Origin: Klebsormidium nitens
Lineage: Eukaryota > Plantae > Klebsormidiophyceae
DNA: 64,000 nucleotides
Direction of reading: 5' to 3'
Assembly: GCA_000708835.1 (NCBI GenBank)
Contig: DF237336.1
Coordinates: 25,454 to 89,453 of the forward strand
Shown here: in pieces, positions 13,401 through 35,802 of the stretch
Numbering within the stretch: position 1 is the stretch's first letter
How the letters are laid out: the number at the start of each line of letters is the position of its first letter
Program-made: the position numbers and the translations under genes
The notes under the pieces: generated by a model
Database searches by the model: none
Told to the model about the DNA's origin: nothing
What the model saw: the letters and a program-made list of their open reading frames with translations, nothing else

Positions 13401-14109
13401 AGTGAACCCCGGCTTAGTTCCCTTTGTGCTCCCCTCTTTCCAGGCTGGTGCGCTTGGCGGCCAAGGCTGCGGGCAAGGACCCGAAGGAGGTCAAGATCGT
13501 GCACTACGACCCCAAGAAGGCCGACGTGGACGTCAAGAAGGCCTTCCCCTTCAGGAACGTGGTAAGGAAATGCACCCAGGGCTTTATCCTGTGTGCCAAG
13601 CTTGGCGTATGGTTTTCGAGCTACTCGGAAAGTTGTTCAAAAGGAGCTCTTGGTGCAATCGAAAGTTGTGCTACCCGATCCTTGGGAGAAAGTGCGCGAT
13701 GATGTACTTCTCAAGGTTTTTGATGCATTCTTTGAGAGATCAGACCTCCATTGCAAGCTCTATCGGTAATTTGCACTTCCTTGCGTTCTATCGAATGCTT
13801 TTTGATGCATCAGGCTTTCTGGGCATGGAGCTATTAACATTCTTCTGACCAGTTTCAAAATCCAGCGTTCCTTGCGAAAGGGATAGGAAATATATGAAGT
13901 AAATTCCCTAGTGCACGAGTCTTTTTCCTCTGCAGCACTTCTATGCTGAGCCGCGCGCCGCCAAGAAGCTGTTGGGGGTGACGCCCCAGGCCCAGCTGCT
14001 GGACGTGTTGACGGCGCGGTACCAGGATTACGTCGCGAGCGGGCGGAACAAGAAGGACCTCAAGGACAAGCTCGCGCTGGACGACAAGATCCTCAAGTCA
14101 GTCAAGTAA
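10416..14109 (+). CDS. CSP41A: Chloroplast stem-loop binding protein of 41 kDa a (NAD-dependent epimerase-like fold)
   Basis: About 100-aa transit-peptide-like N-terminus, then exons reading [100 protein letters not shown]|[16 protein letters not shown]. Stop TAA at 14107-14109. All junctions join in frame. Confidence 0.95.
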
Positions 14110-17100
14110 AGGGCGGCTCGTGAACACGCACGCACAGGTGTTGGCTGCGCGGCGTATGCCGGGCTCGATCTCGAATGAGCTGAGCATGAAACTCGAGTTG
14201 GAGATATGAATACTTGAGGAGAGGATTCAGGGTTGCCAACCTCTCAACATTGAGAACGATTTTGTACTTGGCAGCCTGATGTTCTTACATTTTGTTACGT
14301 CGGATCGGTAACGACCGTCCGGCCATGTTGCAATCCTGAATTCGTGGTCACCATCAAACGTTCAACACAAGGACCTACAGGATCCCGTACACGCGGTTGG
14401 ACAGTCGTACAGATTATTGGCAGATTGTCAAGTTGCTCCAATCATTGTAACCGGCCGAGCTTATTGGACGGTCGATCCGGTTGCATGGGCATTCGCTCGG
14501 TGGGCATGCGGCTTAACGTGCATCATAAGCATCGCGCATGTCGTCGATCTCGATGTCATATGGCGTGGCCGCCTGGCCCGCCCTCGAGTCCGCAATTAAG
14601 CATGCATATGTCAGCGAAAGCATGCTAATGTACATGAACTTATTCCAATTCGGATCTGTCTGTGGAACTGTCAACGCAAGGAAATTTTGAACTATTTTCG
14701 GATGTGTGTGTGCATGGAATTCTCGGTGCAAGGAAGTTCAGCTTTGCATGCCACCGTTGATATCTAAATCGCGCGATCTGGCCGTTGCCGCCGCTGCATC
14801 AACGTATCTGCTAAGTTTGCCCATAGCTGCGCACGTTAAGACGTTCACAGCTAAAAGTCTAGCTGATCGAGCACGTAGGAGAACCGTCACGGTCGACTAA
14901 TTAATCTTGTCTTCATGGCCCCTCGAAACAACTTTGATCAAACAATTACAATTACAATTATCTCGATCGATCAAACTCAAGTTAAGCCTGCGCGCTTCAT
15001 GCCGCATCCGATCTCATTGCGGTACGTCCATTTGAACGATGTATCCAAAACATTCGCCATGCCGTGAGTTTGCCGCCCACGTAATTGGCCACCGGCGCTG
15101 TGCATATTGTTAACGTACGTGCTGCATGCATCTGTCGATTCGGGCCGATTGCGCGCAAGAGATCGAGATGTGGGGACCTTGGTCAACTTCGTATAAGCTT
15201 CCAGTTATGAGAGGTTTGATTGTCTTATCTGCGGTACCTGAATGACCTGCAGTATCAACAGACTGAGTCACAGGAATCCAGTCACCTGGAAGCACGGGAA
15301 GAGGAAACAGCGCGGCCTTCTTACTTTTTGAATTGTTGCGTTTTTAGATTCTATGACTGTTCTTCTGTTTCACAGAATCGCCCACAGCCCAGAAATAGCC
15401 GCAGCCGTGATCGCGAAGCTCCAGAGACCTGGAAGCACAGCCGGAAAAAGACGGCATCAGCATCGGAACAATGACATCATCTTCGCGCCTGCATCTTCAC
15501 GAGACTGACATGAAACCTGCGCTTCAACCAAGCTCTCCATTTCACCAGCATATGCTGATCGCGAAGGACGGCGGCAGTCCAACGAGAGTAGATTGAGGCA
15601 TCGAATAACTCTCGGGGCACTCTCGGGGCCTTGCGCCAAACTGCTGAGACACCACTGTCAGAACAGCGAAGACCGCGTTCCATCCGGATGCACCCGATAA
15701 TGGATGCCCAAAAGACTTTTCCAAGCCGGCCTTTGTTGACACCTGGTGCTCACCCGGAGTAAAGACGGCTGCTGGCGAGCTTGGAGGCGGTGCGGTGGCG
15801 TTGACTCCTGCAGTGAGCATTAGTAAGGCCAGTGAGAGATCCAGCAATGCAAACCTAATGGACAAGCGAACACGCCTACGTCTTTGCAGCAATAGAAGGG
15901 CCTCAGTTCTTTCTTGACTGTCCAACCGTTTTCCCTGATAGTCATAATCCTGAGATCTTTTTGTTTTCAGCATTTTCTGGCGGGCAGAGACACTACGAAC
16001 TTCGCCAAGGCATTCCTGATGGATATGCGAGAAGAAGCAAGAATTTCTGCTCTGATATGGTCCCTACGAAGCTCGAGAAAGTGCGAGAAGAATGGGGGCT
16101 AACCTCCCGCCACGACCCCGACTTCTCTGGCCGCAGGGGCTGGTGCGGGAGCGGTCTCGGTCGCAGCTAGAGCGGGAGCCGGCGCGGGAGCGACCGCGGA
16201 AACCGGCGCTTGAGCGGGGGCCGGCGCTGCACAGATGGGGTTTGGGGGTTTAGGGCCAGGGGAACAGCGGGCGCGATCGCACTAGAAACAGACTCCAGTG
16301 ATTCGCACAGGTTGATCAGGAGTTCTAAAAGTGGATCAGGCACTCTCGCAAAAGACAAAAAGCAGGGAGGTGGTATGATCGGTATCATTGACCAGGTCCA
16401 TGCATAAGATTCTCTCGGGCGATTTTGCCGTGTTCGACGAGAGATAGGTTTACTTTGCAGCAAGCGGCTGCGCCTCAGATGACGACGAAGACTTGCATAC
16501 CGATGCTCGAGAGCGCTTCCACAATCACAGTGGAACTTGAGTTTAAAGAGACATTCTCTTTGACTGCAAAGAAAGCGGGCACTTTGAGTGCTTGAGGGTG
16601 AACGTTTTCCAATTGGATATCACTCCCTAAGACCAGCGAAAGGAGAAGCGGCATTGGTCTGACCTGACACGTTGGACGCGTTGGCCCCTCCGAGGAGGCC
16701 CGGCAGCACAGTCGAGATGTTGGGCCCTGCAATCATATGCAACGGCGGCCTCAGAGGGCTGAGCATCAGAGAGGCACTCCGAATACACGTTGCAGACCAG
16801 CCGAACCAGCCGACAATACGTTTAGAATTTAAGTCTCGAGACCAGCCAAGAGCTTTGTTTCTAAGGCATCCGATCTTTTCGAAGTGCACGTACCTGCGGT
16901 CACAGGAGCTGGGGCCGAAGCAGGGCCTGTTTCACACATTGGGAGGAAAAAGTTAGGGAGGGGCTGCCGTGCGTGCCGGTGCTTTAGAAGAACGAATGAC
17001 CAGCAAGCATCTCATGATGGGTTAAGCCGACGTTGCTACGCCTTGCTGCCCTAAACTCAGTGTTCTTGCATTGAATGGTCGAGAAAAAAGGAGGCATTGC

Positions 17101-19149
17101 TGACGTATATGGACCAATCCGGTCTGTGGCCTATAGTAAAATCAAAGTGACCAGGTGTTCAGAATAACAGCAAGACTCTGTACTAACAGTATTTTATTGT
17201 ATAGCAAAACCGTGGCAGCATTTGATCGAAAAGCAGGTTGAAAGAGCGGCATGCAGGCATCAAACTCTTGACCGACATTGGGAGGGTCGATACGGTATCA
17301 GATGTTTTCTGTGGTTGACCTTGCTTCTTAAAGCTCCTAAGCTTGGGCTCTCAAGGGACACCAAACCAGCGCAGTGCGAACGCACGTAATTCATAGCTGC
17401 ATCGCCCATTCTTTTCCATTTCTTCCATGTTTCTGTGCCATCGAGTCAAAGAGCTTCCAAAGAAGGGACCTCGTCACATGTGCCCTTGATTACACCAAAA
17501 AGAAACTGCAAGTGAAAAGCTGATGCACTTTCTGTAATTATTTACTATCAGAACCTCACGCAAGACCACAGACGCAGACGTCAAATCACACGGATCCGTG
17601 CCGGCTGCTTTTGAAGCCACGTACCTTGCGCAGACGTCCGCAGGAGGAGGGCCAAGAGGAGGACGGAGAAAAACGCGCCATGCGCCAGTGCGCGCCGGGG
17701 AGCCATCCTGGAACAAGGCTTAGCTATTGGCGCCGCAACCAGCAAAAGCTCGCGGAGGCTTTGAGGCCTTCCACTCTTGAGTACTAATCCGGGGCGTCAC
17801 TACTCGCTGGCGCGACGAGGACGAAACGAAAAAAATGGGCGTCTTCGAGAATACAGAGCGCTCATGTAGGTCCTAGCTCAATGCCCAAAAGTTGGCTTGT
17901 TGGAAAAGCTCTTTGAAAAGCTCGCGCGACGAGGGAAGCACAAAGAATCTAAAGACGGCCAGATCACATGCACGACGCAGCACAGTGCCCTCGCAAACGC
18001 TCATTACGAAAGTTGGTCAGAGCTGTTCGGCTGGGTAGACGTGGGCACTGCACGGCCAAGTTGTCAAGCGGTGGTCAGCATCTTCAAGACGGGCGCTTTT
18101 GCTGCTTTCACGGTCAACATATCATCTCCAGCGCACGTCTTCGTCTGGTGCGCAGAGCAAGTGTTGCGTCTTTGACAGTACCTGCGTTGACTGTTTTTCT
18201 TCTGTGACGAAGGGTACCAAGACCAGCACGGCAAGTCGTATCTAGCAATTGTCCACCTTATGGAACGCAAACTTGAAAGCTGCTAGCCTCAGGAACAGTG
18301 TAGGAAGTTGACGTACCGACCCAGCGTTACTGTAAAAGCCAGCCTGGTCCGGATACAAGCTAGGATCCTCGCAGCCTTGTGTTCATTGAATGTCTAATTT
18401 GGACAAGCCGCGCGGTCCGCAACCAGAATTGAGCATTAAGTCTGGCTGGCGCCTTGCAAAGAACGGACGGCCGCTATGTCACGACGATAAGCGCGAACCT
18501 TAAGCGACATCAGAATGGTAGTCTAGGCCAAGATCAAAGATAAGAGCTGACTAAACGGGGATGAAGCGTCGGGCCGCGCCCCACGCGCGCCAGCCTGTGA
18601 TCTGTCCGCTTTTGAGAATCCACCGTCGGCTTTAAGCGCTCGATCAGCCTCAAGAGCTTAATGACATTGATATCATTGCGGCGCAGCGGCCAGCAGGCTG
18701 ACATAAAATCTCGTCTCGTAAGTCATTGATTCAGATTGGGCGAGCTAGCTACAGTAGATATCGCGATCACGCGAGTGGCATGCATATGGTAAAATCAGTT
18801 GGCCTGCATATGGACCTACGGTGTACTGCAGCTCCTATGTCTTCGGTTTGCCAATGCAGGGCCGCCTGCAACCATCGCCCGCGGCCGGCCGCGCAGGCGC
18901 AAGTAAGTTGTACATGCCAATAGCGTTGTAGAAGAAGGTGACAGGTCCGCCCGTAACTGTGCCCGGTTGCTTGATGGAAAAGTGCTCGGGACTTTGGCCA
19001 AGATTCGCTCGAAGCGATAAGGCCAGTCAGAAGCTGCCAAGTGTCCAGGCCCGAAACATGGTGTTGGAGCCTCGGGAGGGCGGCGGTTGCCGAAGCTGCG
19101 CACTGAGGATGTATTGTTCTACCGGCACTACTACCGACCATTACGTGAG

Positions 19150-20036
19150 ACTAGCAGTGGGGCAGGTCGTGGTACCGGTTCAAAGTCTACCGCGCATTTT
19201 TGACCGGCCGAAGTGCCTTAGCTGCAGTCGCAGACCGAGTTGCAAGCTAGGTTTCAAATGATCCGGATCCTCTACACGTTCGCGTGACTTTTAATACCCG
19301 GTACGCGCAACGGCCAAAATAAGTTGCATGTACTGTAGAGGTTAATTGTCAGATAATAATTCCGTACCTTAGTTCCGTACNNNNNNNNNNNNNNNNNNNN
19401 NNNNNNNNNNNNNNNNNNNNNNNNNNNNNNNNNNNNNNNNNNNNNNNNNNNNNNNNNNNNNNNNNNNNNNNNNNNNNNNNNNNNNNNNNNNNNNNNNNNN
19501 NNNNNNNNNNNNNNNNNNNNNNNNNNNNNNNNNNNNNNNNNNNNNNNNNNNNNNNNNNNNNNNNNNNNNNNNNNNNNNNNNNNNNNNNNNNNNNNNNNNN
19601 NNNNNNNNNNNNNNNNNNNNNNNNNNNNNNNNNNNNNNNNNNNNNNNNNNNNNNNNNNNNNNNNNNNNNNNNNNNNNNNNNNNNNNNNNNNNNNNNNNNN
19701 NNNNNNNNNNNNNNNNNNNNNNNNNNNNNNNNNNNNNNNNNNNNNNNNNNNNNNNNNNNNNNNNNNNNNNNNNNNNNNNNNNNNNNNNNNNNNNNNNNNN
19801 NNNGTACTAGCAGTGTGGCCGGTCGTGGTACCGGTTCAAAGTCTACCGCGCTCTTTTGACCGGCCGAAGTGCCTTAGCTGCAGTCGCAGACCGAGTTGCA
19901 AGCTAGGATTCAAATGATCCGGATCCTCTACACGTTCGCGTGACTTTTAATACTCGGTACGCGCAACGGCCAAAATAAGTTGCATGTACTGTAGAGGTTA
20001 ATTGTCAGATAATAATTCCGTACCTTAGTTCCGTAC
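19150..20036. repeat. 231-bp near-identical direct duplication on either side of an assembly gap (19150-19380 and 19806-20036)
   Basis: The same sequence (actagcagtg..ggtaccggttcaaagtctaccgcg..ccttagttccgtac) occurs on both sides of the N run with only a few substitutions. Confidence 0.85.
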
Positions 20037-21106
20037 GTTGCGGTCGCGCTGGCTGACTTCACCGCGCGCCGCGTGTCAAAATATAAGTACCTACGTGCGC
20101 GGCGGTTCGATTTCCAAGTTTTGTACGGTCTAGGTCGAATGACACTGCAAATTGCCTCAATTTGCCTGAGGGCTGCGCGGACCGTCGATGATGAATTTGA
20201 CGGGCAAGATTACACTTTATCGCTTCGATCGAATCTTGAAATGTTAGAAAGATAGGGGCGGGTCCGCAAGCTTCTTCTACAACGCTATGATGTTGTATTG
20301 GACCTTGAATATTATGGAGTATAAGTGTCGCCGATTTCGACACAGGTATGCGATGAGCAGCGCAGGTCGTCAATGGTGGTAATAACTTCGTCACAAACAA
20401 TTGACCAGATGTTTGCGAAGTTTATTGGCAACAATACAGTTCACGTTATGCTAACGTGTATCATTAAGATGGCAACCGACACGGATTTTGACATGCGATT
20501 TGCAGGGCCAGGTTGGTTGTTTCTGGCAATAGATGTATGAACCTACGCTATTCCGGCTCATCATAGGGAAATCAAAGACACAAAGAAGATTTCTTCATTT
20601 CAAAGACAAAGTCGGAACACAAGTTGTATTCATTTTTGCAGTATGTAAATGAAAGATGCAAGTGGTAGACACTGTTTCGAGACCTGTTTGGATGCTGTTG
20701 AACATGCCATGTGACTTCGACGAAACTTCGAACGATTTAGCGAGCCGTTTCAAACCTACCTAAGCAAGCGGTAGCTAATGTTCCATTTATATGATGTACA
20801 GTGTATCATACACAACCGAGCCACTAAGACAGCTCGGCCACGCTCCTAAATTCTCTCTAGCTCAGTTTTTCCGGCAGCCTCGTCCTTACTACAACGTCCC
20901 TGCAAATGCTTCCTTTATCCGCCCACTCTCCGAGAGGCCTTCGCCTTCTTGGCTTCTGTGTTGGCCTGCAAACGCAATTAACGTCTGCCATGAAACCCTT
21001 GATCACATCCCTTAAATTAAAGAGCGTTTGACAGGATGATGGGCAGCTTCTGCAAACTACAAACTTGATACAAATGCGGAAAGGGACGCTTGCAACATGC
21101 ACAGCC

Positions 21107-23950
21107 TTATTCAGCCTGAACATTCAGAGTGCCAGCGTGTGTTGGAAAAAGCAGTGAAAGAGAAGCAGTGAAAGACATAACCATGCTCATAGCTTGAGAG
21201 GCCAAAGAGCTCTGGTCTTTGAAAATTCTCACCGCTGCAATGACCTGATCAAACGCCCCCGAACCATGCTCCGACACAAACTCAGCGATCCCAGACTTCG
21301 CGTCAGGGCTTAGCATTTGCAGGATCTGCTGCTGCACGACACGAAAGGGAAAGGAGGATCAGATAACACCGCAAAAGATTGTACTCTCGTCAGGAAAAGA
21401 AGCTTCTTCCCCCATGGGTGGGACTGGTGCATGGTCTTCTTCATTCCAACGGTTGGATTACAAATACATACCAAACAATTGGCGAAGATTAGAAGTGATC
21501 AACGTATCAGGCTGTGCCAGAGAAGGACGTGACATAGAACCACTGGAAATTGGGAATCGTTAAGCCAATAAGTCGTCTCAAATTACTTCGAGCATCCTGC
21601 AAATGCCCTATCCCTGGGCAAAGAACCCGCTGCTCCATAATGCGGAGAAGTTGCTCTTGACATTGGAATGCTGTGGACAACGTCCAATGCGAAAACTGCT
21701 CTGGTGCACTGGACATTGCAGTGCTCTCTAAAGATCAACCTCGGATTAATCTCAGTTAAAAGCGATGACAGGCAGTAGTAAAACTACATAATGAGAAGGT
21801 TCTATTGGGCGATAGACTGGGTTAGAGTGCTCCATGGAATTTGAGTAAGCAGGTCTCAGTAGCTTTGCTAGGCCTAGGACATTATGTTCCTAGAGGACAA
21901 GAGTATCTTCTCAGCGTCTGCTTACACTGTTGTTAGGACGTGGGGAGGTTTCAATGCCAAGCTTGTCACCATACTCGCGCAGCGCCGGGTCGATGAACTG
22001 ACGGTACATGTACGCAGCACCATTGAACTGCAACCAAACAGGGAGGCCAATCTTACAGTAGTTTGCTAAGCTTGTTTTGAAAATGTGCAAACTAAATCAA
22101 ACACCTCAAACAGTCGTCAGACAACAGGCAACCACTGCATTGTCTCATGTCGGGCAAACGGGTGCAGAGTGAAGGCAGGGTGCTGGACAAGTAGAAGCTG
22201 CTTCAGAATGCAAGACCAACATCCACTGAAGCCACCTGTGATTCTAACATCAGGGTGCACACCAGTCGCAAGAAACCCCAAGAGGAGCGCCCTGGCACAT
22301 GTAGATACCAAAATAGCAAGCGCTTACTTGCGGCATTACGAGCCAGAGGATGAGTGCCAGCTTGAGCTGGTTGTAAAGGGGAATCCTGCGCATATTAGCA
22401 GACTGTTCGTCAGGAGTGCTTTTAGACTTGTAATTTTGAATTTCAGTGCAAAGTAATCAGCAAGTCATTGTAAGTAAGAAGGCCACCAATGCGAGATTTT
22501 GGAAGCAGCATAACTCTTTGACATTGAAATTTATAGCCAGATTGCAAGAGCAGTTTGATCAGTACGGATGATCCATTCTAACGACAATTCTATGACTTCC
22601 TTGCTTGCAACTCTACTTCATACTGCAAAGGCATGGCCTCACCATGCAATGATGGGAGCAGCAACAGCCTCAAAGAAGGACAGCAGGGAGTAAATGACCT
22701 GCAATCACACACCGAGAAAATGATTGAGAGAAAGCTCTCAATACGCCACTGCTGAGAATGAGGCACTAGTTTCCAAGGTCGCCAACATTCAAACATACCT
22801 TTTATGTATCCACAAGCAAAACGTAACAGCCAGCCAGAGGGCGACTTTCGCCTAGATTTGTTGCACCAAGGCCGCATCATGTCAACCGTGCTGTTCCAAG
22901 TTCCTGCTTACCCAGTAGGTGAGCCAATTTTCATCGTCCTCTCTGTGAGGAGACTCGAGGGCCTTGAAGGACATGAGCCTGCAGAACAGCATAGTTTGCT
23001 CACTCGGACAGAGAGGGCGCAGTGGAATACTTGGAAAAAGGTGCATGTGCAAAGGAGTCTGCATTGGCCTGCCACTTATTCTGCCTCAACAAAAATAAAC
23101 CTTTTCCAAGAAAGAAGTAGTTGCAACAGCCTCAACAAATCAGTTGAAAGAGCAAGTGGTCAAGGAAGAGTAAATCATGCATGCAGCGTGCTCAAGCTCA
23201 ATCAAACTGAATTTACGCTGGTACAAGTGCAGAGCTGCAGACAAGTATACGAAACAGCGGAGTGGCAGCGGGAGTGATGACTCACAGAGGATAGGCCAGG
23301 CCTGCGCACGGCCTGCAAGGATATGGATCGCAGTCAGCGCCTGAGGCAAGGAGCATTCTGAAATGAGGAGGTCTAAAAGAAGGCCTCATGCAACGCAAAC
23401 TGACTGCTGATAAGGACTTGAACACTGTCTGAAAAGCTCTCAAACTCAATGGTCAACGAGCAGGAAAGGTACCACCTTCATCATCACAGATTCGAAACTC
23501 ACCCAACAAGGAAGGTGAGCTTGCTGATAAGGCCAGCCACGAGGCCCACGAACGTCACCATCTTGGCACAGCACAATCACAAAGCAAAGCGCGGGTCAGA
23601 GAGTAAGGGAGGTGCTAGGAAAACGGTACTAAGATAGGTACAATGATGCGCTTCAATCGCAGAAGTGGATCAAATTTTGCTTTGAAGAACAGCACCAGAA
23701 CTTTGAAAGATGTTGAAACTTCCAAGATCTTTTGCAGACGCAGCAGACGCGATCCTGCAAAGCAGCAACTTCAAGCTGCGCCATCATGCTGAAGTTTGGA
23801 GGCTCTGCGAAGCAGCTGCCAGCTGGCATGACAAGTCAGCTCACCAGCCCACTTGGCACTCCGAACTTGTGACGTCATGGAGCAGATACTCGACGCCGGC
23901 GGCCAGCCGCGCGGCACTCGCGCAATGTTTTCGCACTGGCAATACCTCGC
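21107..23950 (-). CDS. Possible multi-exon hypothetical gene divergent from the methyltransferase (structure unresolved)
   Basis: Several coding-looking segments with splice-like borders, e.g. cag|[28 protein letters not shown]|gt at about 21180-21335. I could not build a consistent frame or recognise a family. Confidence 0.25.
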
Positions 23951-24567
23951 TCTAGTTGCTAGAAACAGGCCCAGGGGGGCCCCAAGTCTGAGTACAGTAG
24001 ACGCACACAGGTTGTTCGCACTAGGGGGAAAATGTTGACGGCGGCGACGGCGTCGATTATTTCCCGTTAAAAACTTCGGAAGGCCCGTCGACGGAGCATC
24101 GACGGCGGCGACGGAAAGATTGGTAGGTCCCAACTCCCCGGCCGTCGACGGAGCAGTGTCCGTCNNNNNNNNNNNNNNNNNNNNNNNNNNNNNNNNNNNN
24201 NNNNNNNNNNNNNNNNNNNNNNNNNNNNNNNNNNNNNNNNNNNNNNNNNNNNNNNNNNNNNNNNNNNNNNNNNNNNNNNNNNNNNNNNNNNNNNNNNNNN
24301 NNNNNNNNNNNNNNNNNNNNNNNNNNNNNNNNNNNNNNNNNNNNNNNNNNNNNNNNNNNNNNNNNNNNNNNNNNNNNNNNNNNNNNNNNNNNNNNNNNNN
24401 NNNNNNNNNNNNNNNNNNNNNNNNNNNNNNNNNNNNNNNNNNNNNNNNNNNNNNNNNNNNNNNNNNNNNNNNNNNNNNNNNNNNNNNNNNNNNNNNNNNN
24501 NNNNNNNNNNNNNNNNNNNNNNGGTCCGTCGACGGCGTCAAAAAGAAACTTAGGTGCGAACAACCTA

Positions 24568-24612
24568 ACACACACACACACACACACTGTCACACACACA
24601 CACACACACACA
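24568..24612. repeat. Interrupted (CA)n microsatellite
   Basis: A CA run, then TGT, then a second CA run, about 115 bp upstream of the methyltransferase ATG. Confidence 0.95.
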
Positions 24613-24728
24613 GGAAAGGAAGAGCTCTGAAACCTGATTCAACGAAGAATACAAGTTCAAACAGAAGCCTGCTGAGCGCTTTCAATTCTTAATACTGGCC
24701 AATTGCAGCCCCATCAGTTTGGGAAGCC

Positions 24729-33307
<8,579 letters not shown>

Positions 33308-34971
33308 GGATCTGCATTCTTGTGAATTGTGCCGGGTATGGAAGGACGATCTGGATTGGCTCAATGATACGGTTCACGACATCCTCCCCGTGTCCAGCAA
33401 ATCAAAGTCAGTGTCCTGGACTCGAGGGTCCCACAAATGCTTGGTGAAGCAGTATGTCCATGGGCTCTCACCAAGCGCCTGCTGTCATCAAATGAATGAT
33501 ACGCATATTGCCGAATTGAAGGAACCACAAGATGTCCTCTGTCGCGACGCTGTGTATAGAACACCTTGCATGATACACTGAAGCCGCATATAGGCACACA
33601 TGTGATGTTCATGTCCACATCGTACGAGGTTTTGCTCGGTCGATGAACCGACATATACCATCTTCCTGTTTCGATGGTCTCTTTTCAAGTACGCCGTAGC
33701 CAAATATAGGCCATATGCTTCTCATGCAATGGGCGTACATGATTGGTGTCTTTGTGGCTGAATTATGGCCGTCAAATGCTAGTCTTCTATTGCGAAGATG
33801 CTCTAGCAGCCATACATGAGTCCGGCCTGATTATGCATCTGTGACTCATCTAGCTGTAGCTCTCATTTGAGGTCGGTTTCTGTACAACTCTGCTTACATG
33901 GGACTACATACGAGAATGACGCATTGAGACAGAGCACAGCTGTATAACATGCGGCTGTTCAACATTATTGCATCGATCCATCTGGCTCTATTCCTCAACA
34001 CTCGATGGCATGTTCAGAATTTAGTGATTATGAGAAAGAACAGATACGTGCATCCAAAAGAAACTCGTGAAGAACTTTTATCAAAGGACTAGCTATATTC
34101 GGATTGTATTATCAAGATCAATCAGATCAACAAACAAAGATCCCAACACCAGAACACGGCTCATGATCCAAATGCACGCGCAAGAACAACGAAGAAGTCT
34201 TCATTGCACAAGAGACTTATCTTCCATCATCAAGAAAATTGCGCATTGAAAGAGGTTTGCTGTGCAGCATTTCAGATCACTACATTGTAGTTGACTGGTA
34301 AATCTAATCTACAGAATGGCACCAGATTGGACTCGCGGCGAGCAAACATTGCCTGACAGGAAAACAAAGCAGCACCACCAACAGGCAACAATTGCCAGCA
34401 ATGCAGCAGACGCAAAGCCCAAGGCAAGGAGCCAGGCATCAGAATGTTCATTGATTTGCCACCATGACACGCAACCCGCATCCAAAAAACCCTTAATGTC
34501 CTCTTAGCCCAGCAGACAAAGGGAATTATGAAATGCCAAAATGAATGGACGCACATTGCATCAGAACATGAAACACCTGGAGTTACTGCATTAAGGCGTG
34601 CACCTGTTTATTGGCGTAAATTTTGTTTCTCAGACTAGTTCTCGTTCTAAGTCCACAAACACCGGGGCGCTCCTAGTTGTCCTAAAATTGGATGCCCCTG
34701 ATCATACATGTACACGCTGCTCTTTGAACAACTGCCTACTGATACACGAGAACCAAGACTGCTGCCCTCCAGAACCAACAGAGTCAACCGCGCTGCTGAT
34801 TTCCAGAGTGTCTGCACAGATCTTCCAACACGTCTACATTGCGCATCTGCCGCCTCGCCTAAGGCTACCCCCTTTCGCATTGCTTGATCAGGCACTGTGC
34901 TGCAGATTGAGTTGTTCCTGCACCCCTCCCTGTTTGACTGAAACCTAAATTGTCTTCAATAATTTGCTTGA

Positions 34972-35802
34972 TCAATCAAAGAACCCCGTCTGCTTGAGCA
35001 CGGCATTCCTGACCTTCTTCGCATCCCGCCCCTTCAGCGTCCTCCCTGCGCCTTCGTACACTGAAAACACCACCCCGCTCTCCGCATTCTGCCGAGCAAT
35101 CAGCTCGTGGGGAGGCACAATCCTTCCCAGCTCCTCATCATCTGAGTCATTATCATCCTTGACCTTTCCATTCTCGTCCCGCTCTGCCAGCCTTCCCCAC
35201 GCAGGGACATTCACAGGCGCCGACTGCTGCACCATTGGCTGGGAATGGTCCCCCCTGGTGGGGATCATGCGCATCCCCGTGCTTGGCTGGCCAAAAATAC
35301 GCTGCGGAGAGGCGTTTGCGTAGCTGCGGAAGGGGGAAAGCAGGGTCGTCCTGTGCTTGCTAACCGTATTCTCGTCGTTCCAGGAAGCCAATCCCAGGTC
35401 CCGTTCTCGTGCTCCCATCCACCGCGGCTGTCTAGAAACCAATCGCATGCCGGTCCGCTCATCTTTTGAAAAGTTCAGCCCCTTGGCAACGGGCCCTTCC
35501 TGCTGCCAATCCCGCGCCTCGGTCGCCCAAACATCTTCCTCCCTCAACTCCCCCCCACTAGAAGACTCCGCTGGACCGTCCATGTCAGAGGCCCCTGACA
35601 CGCTGGACGACGCCGAGTGGATCCCAACTGGTGCGCCTCCACCCAACAGCTTTTCCATCCTGGACGAGGCATAGGATTCTAGACCATTCCCAAAGTACGT
35701 GGATGAAGAGGACGCGCCTTTCCTCGAATGCAGGGCAGTCATTACCGCAGACCCCGCCACCCCCAAGGAGTTCCCAGGCATGGCCAACGCAGATGCCGAC
35801 AT
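34972..35802 (-). CDS. S40-like senescence regulator (DUF584/Senescence_reg), intronless, 276 aa
   Basis: ELREEDVW, QQSAPVNVPAW, IVPPHELIAR and FSVYEGAGRTLKGRDAKKVRNAVLKQTGFFD* are the family's hallmark motifs. Confidence 0.93.
   Translation of the reverse strand: MSASALAMPGNSLGVAGSAVMTALHSRKGASSSSTYFGNGLESYASSRMEKLLGGGAPVGIHSASSSVSGASDMDGPAESSSGGELREEDVWATEARDWQQEGPVAKGLNFSKDERTGMRLVSRQPRWMGARERDLGLASWNDENTVSKHRTTLLSPFRSYANASPQRIFGQPSTGMRMIPTRGDHSQPMVQQSAPVNVPAWGRLAERDENGKVKDDNDSDDEELGRIVPPHELIARQNAESGVVFSVYEGAGRTLKGRDAKKVRNAVLKQTGFFD

Noticed and set aside
14300-19150. Short ORFs and many 4-6-bp palindromes in the CSP41A downstream region, including a TM-like ORF at 15542-15973 and a YWRRNQ stretch near 17745 reminiscent of hAT C-termini
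   Set aside because: I found no consistent exon chain, catalytic motif or terminal repeat, so there is too little support for a feature.
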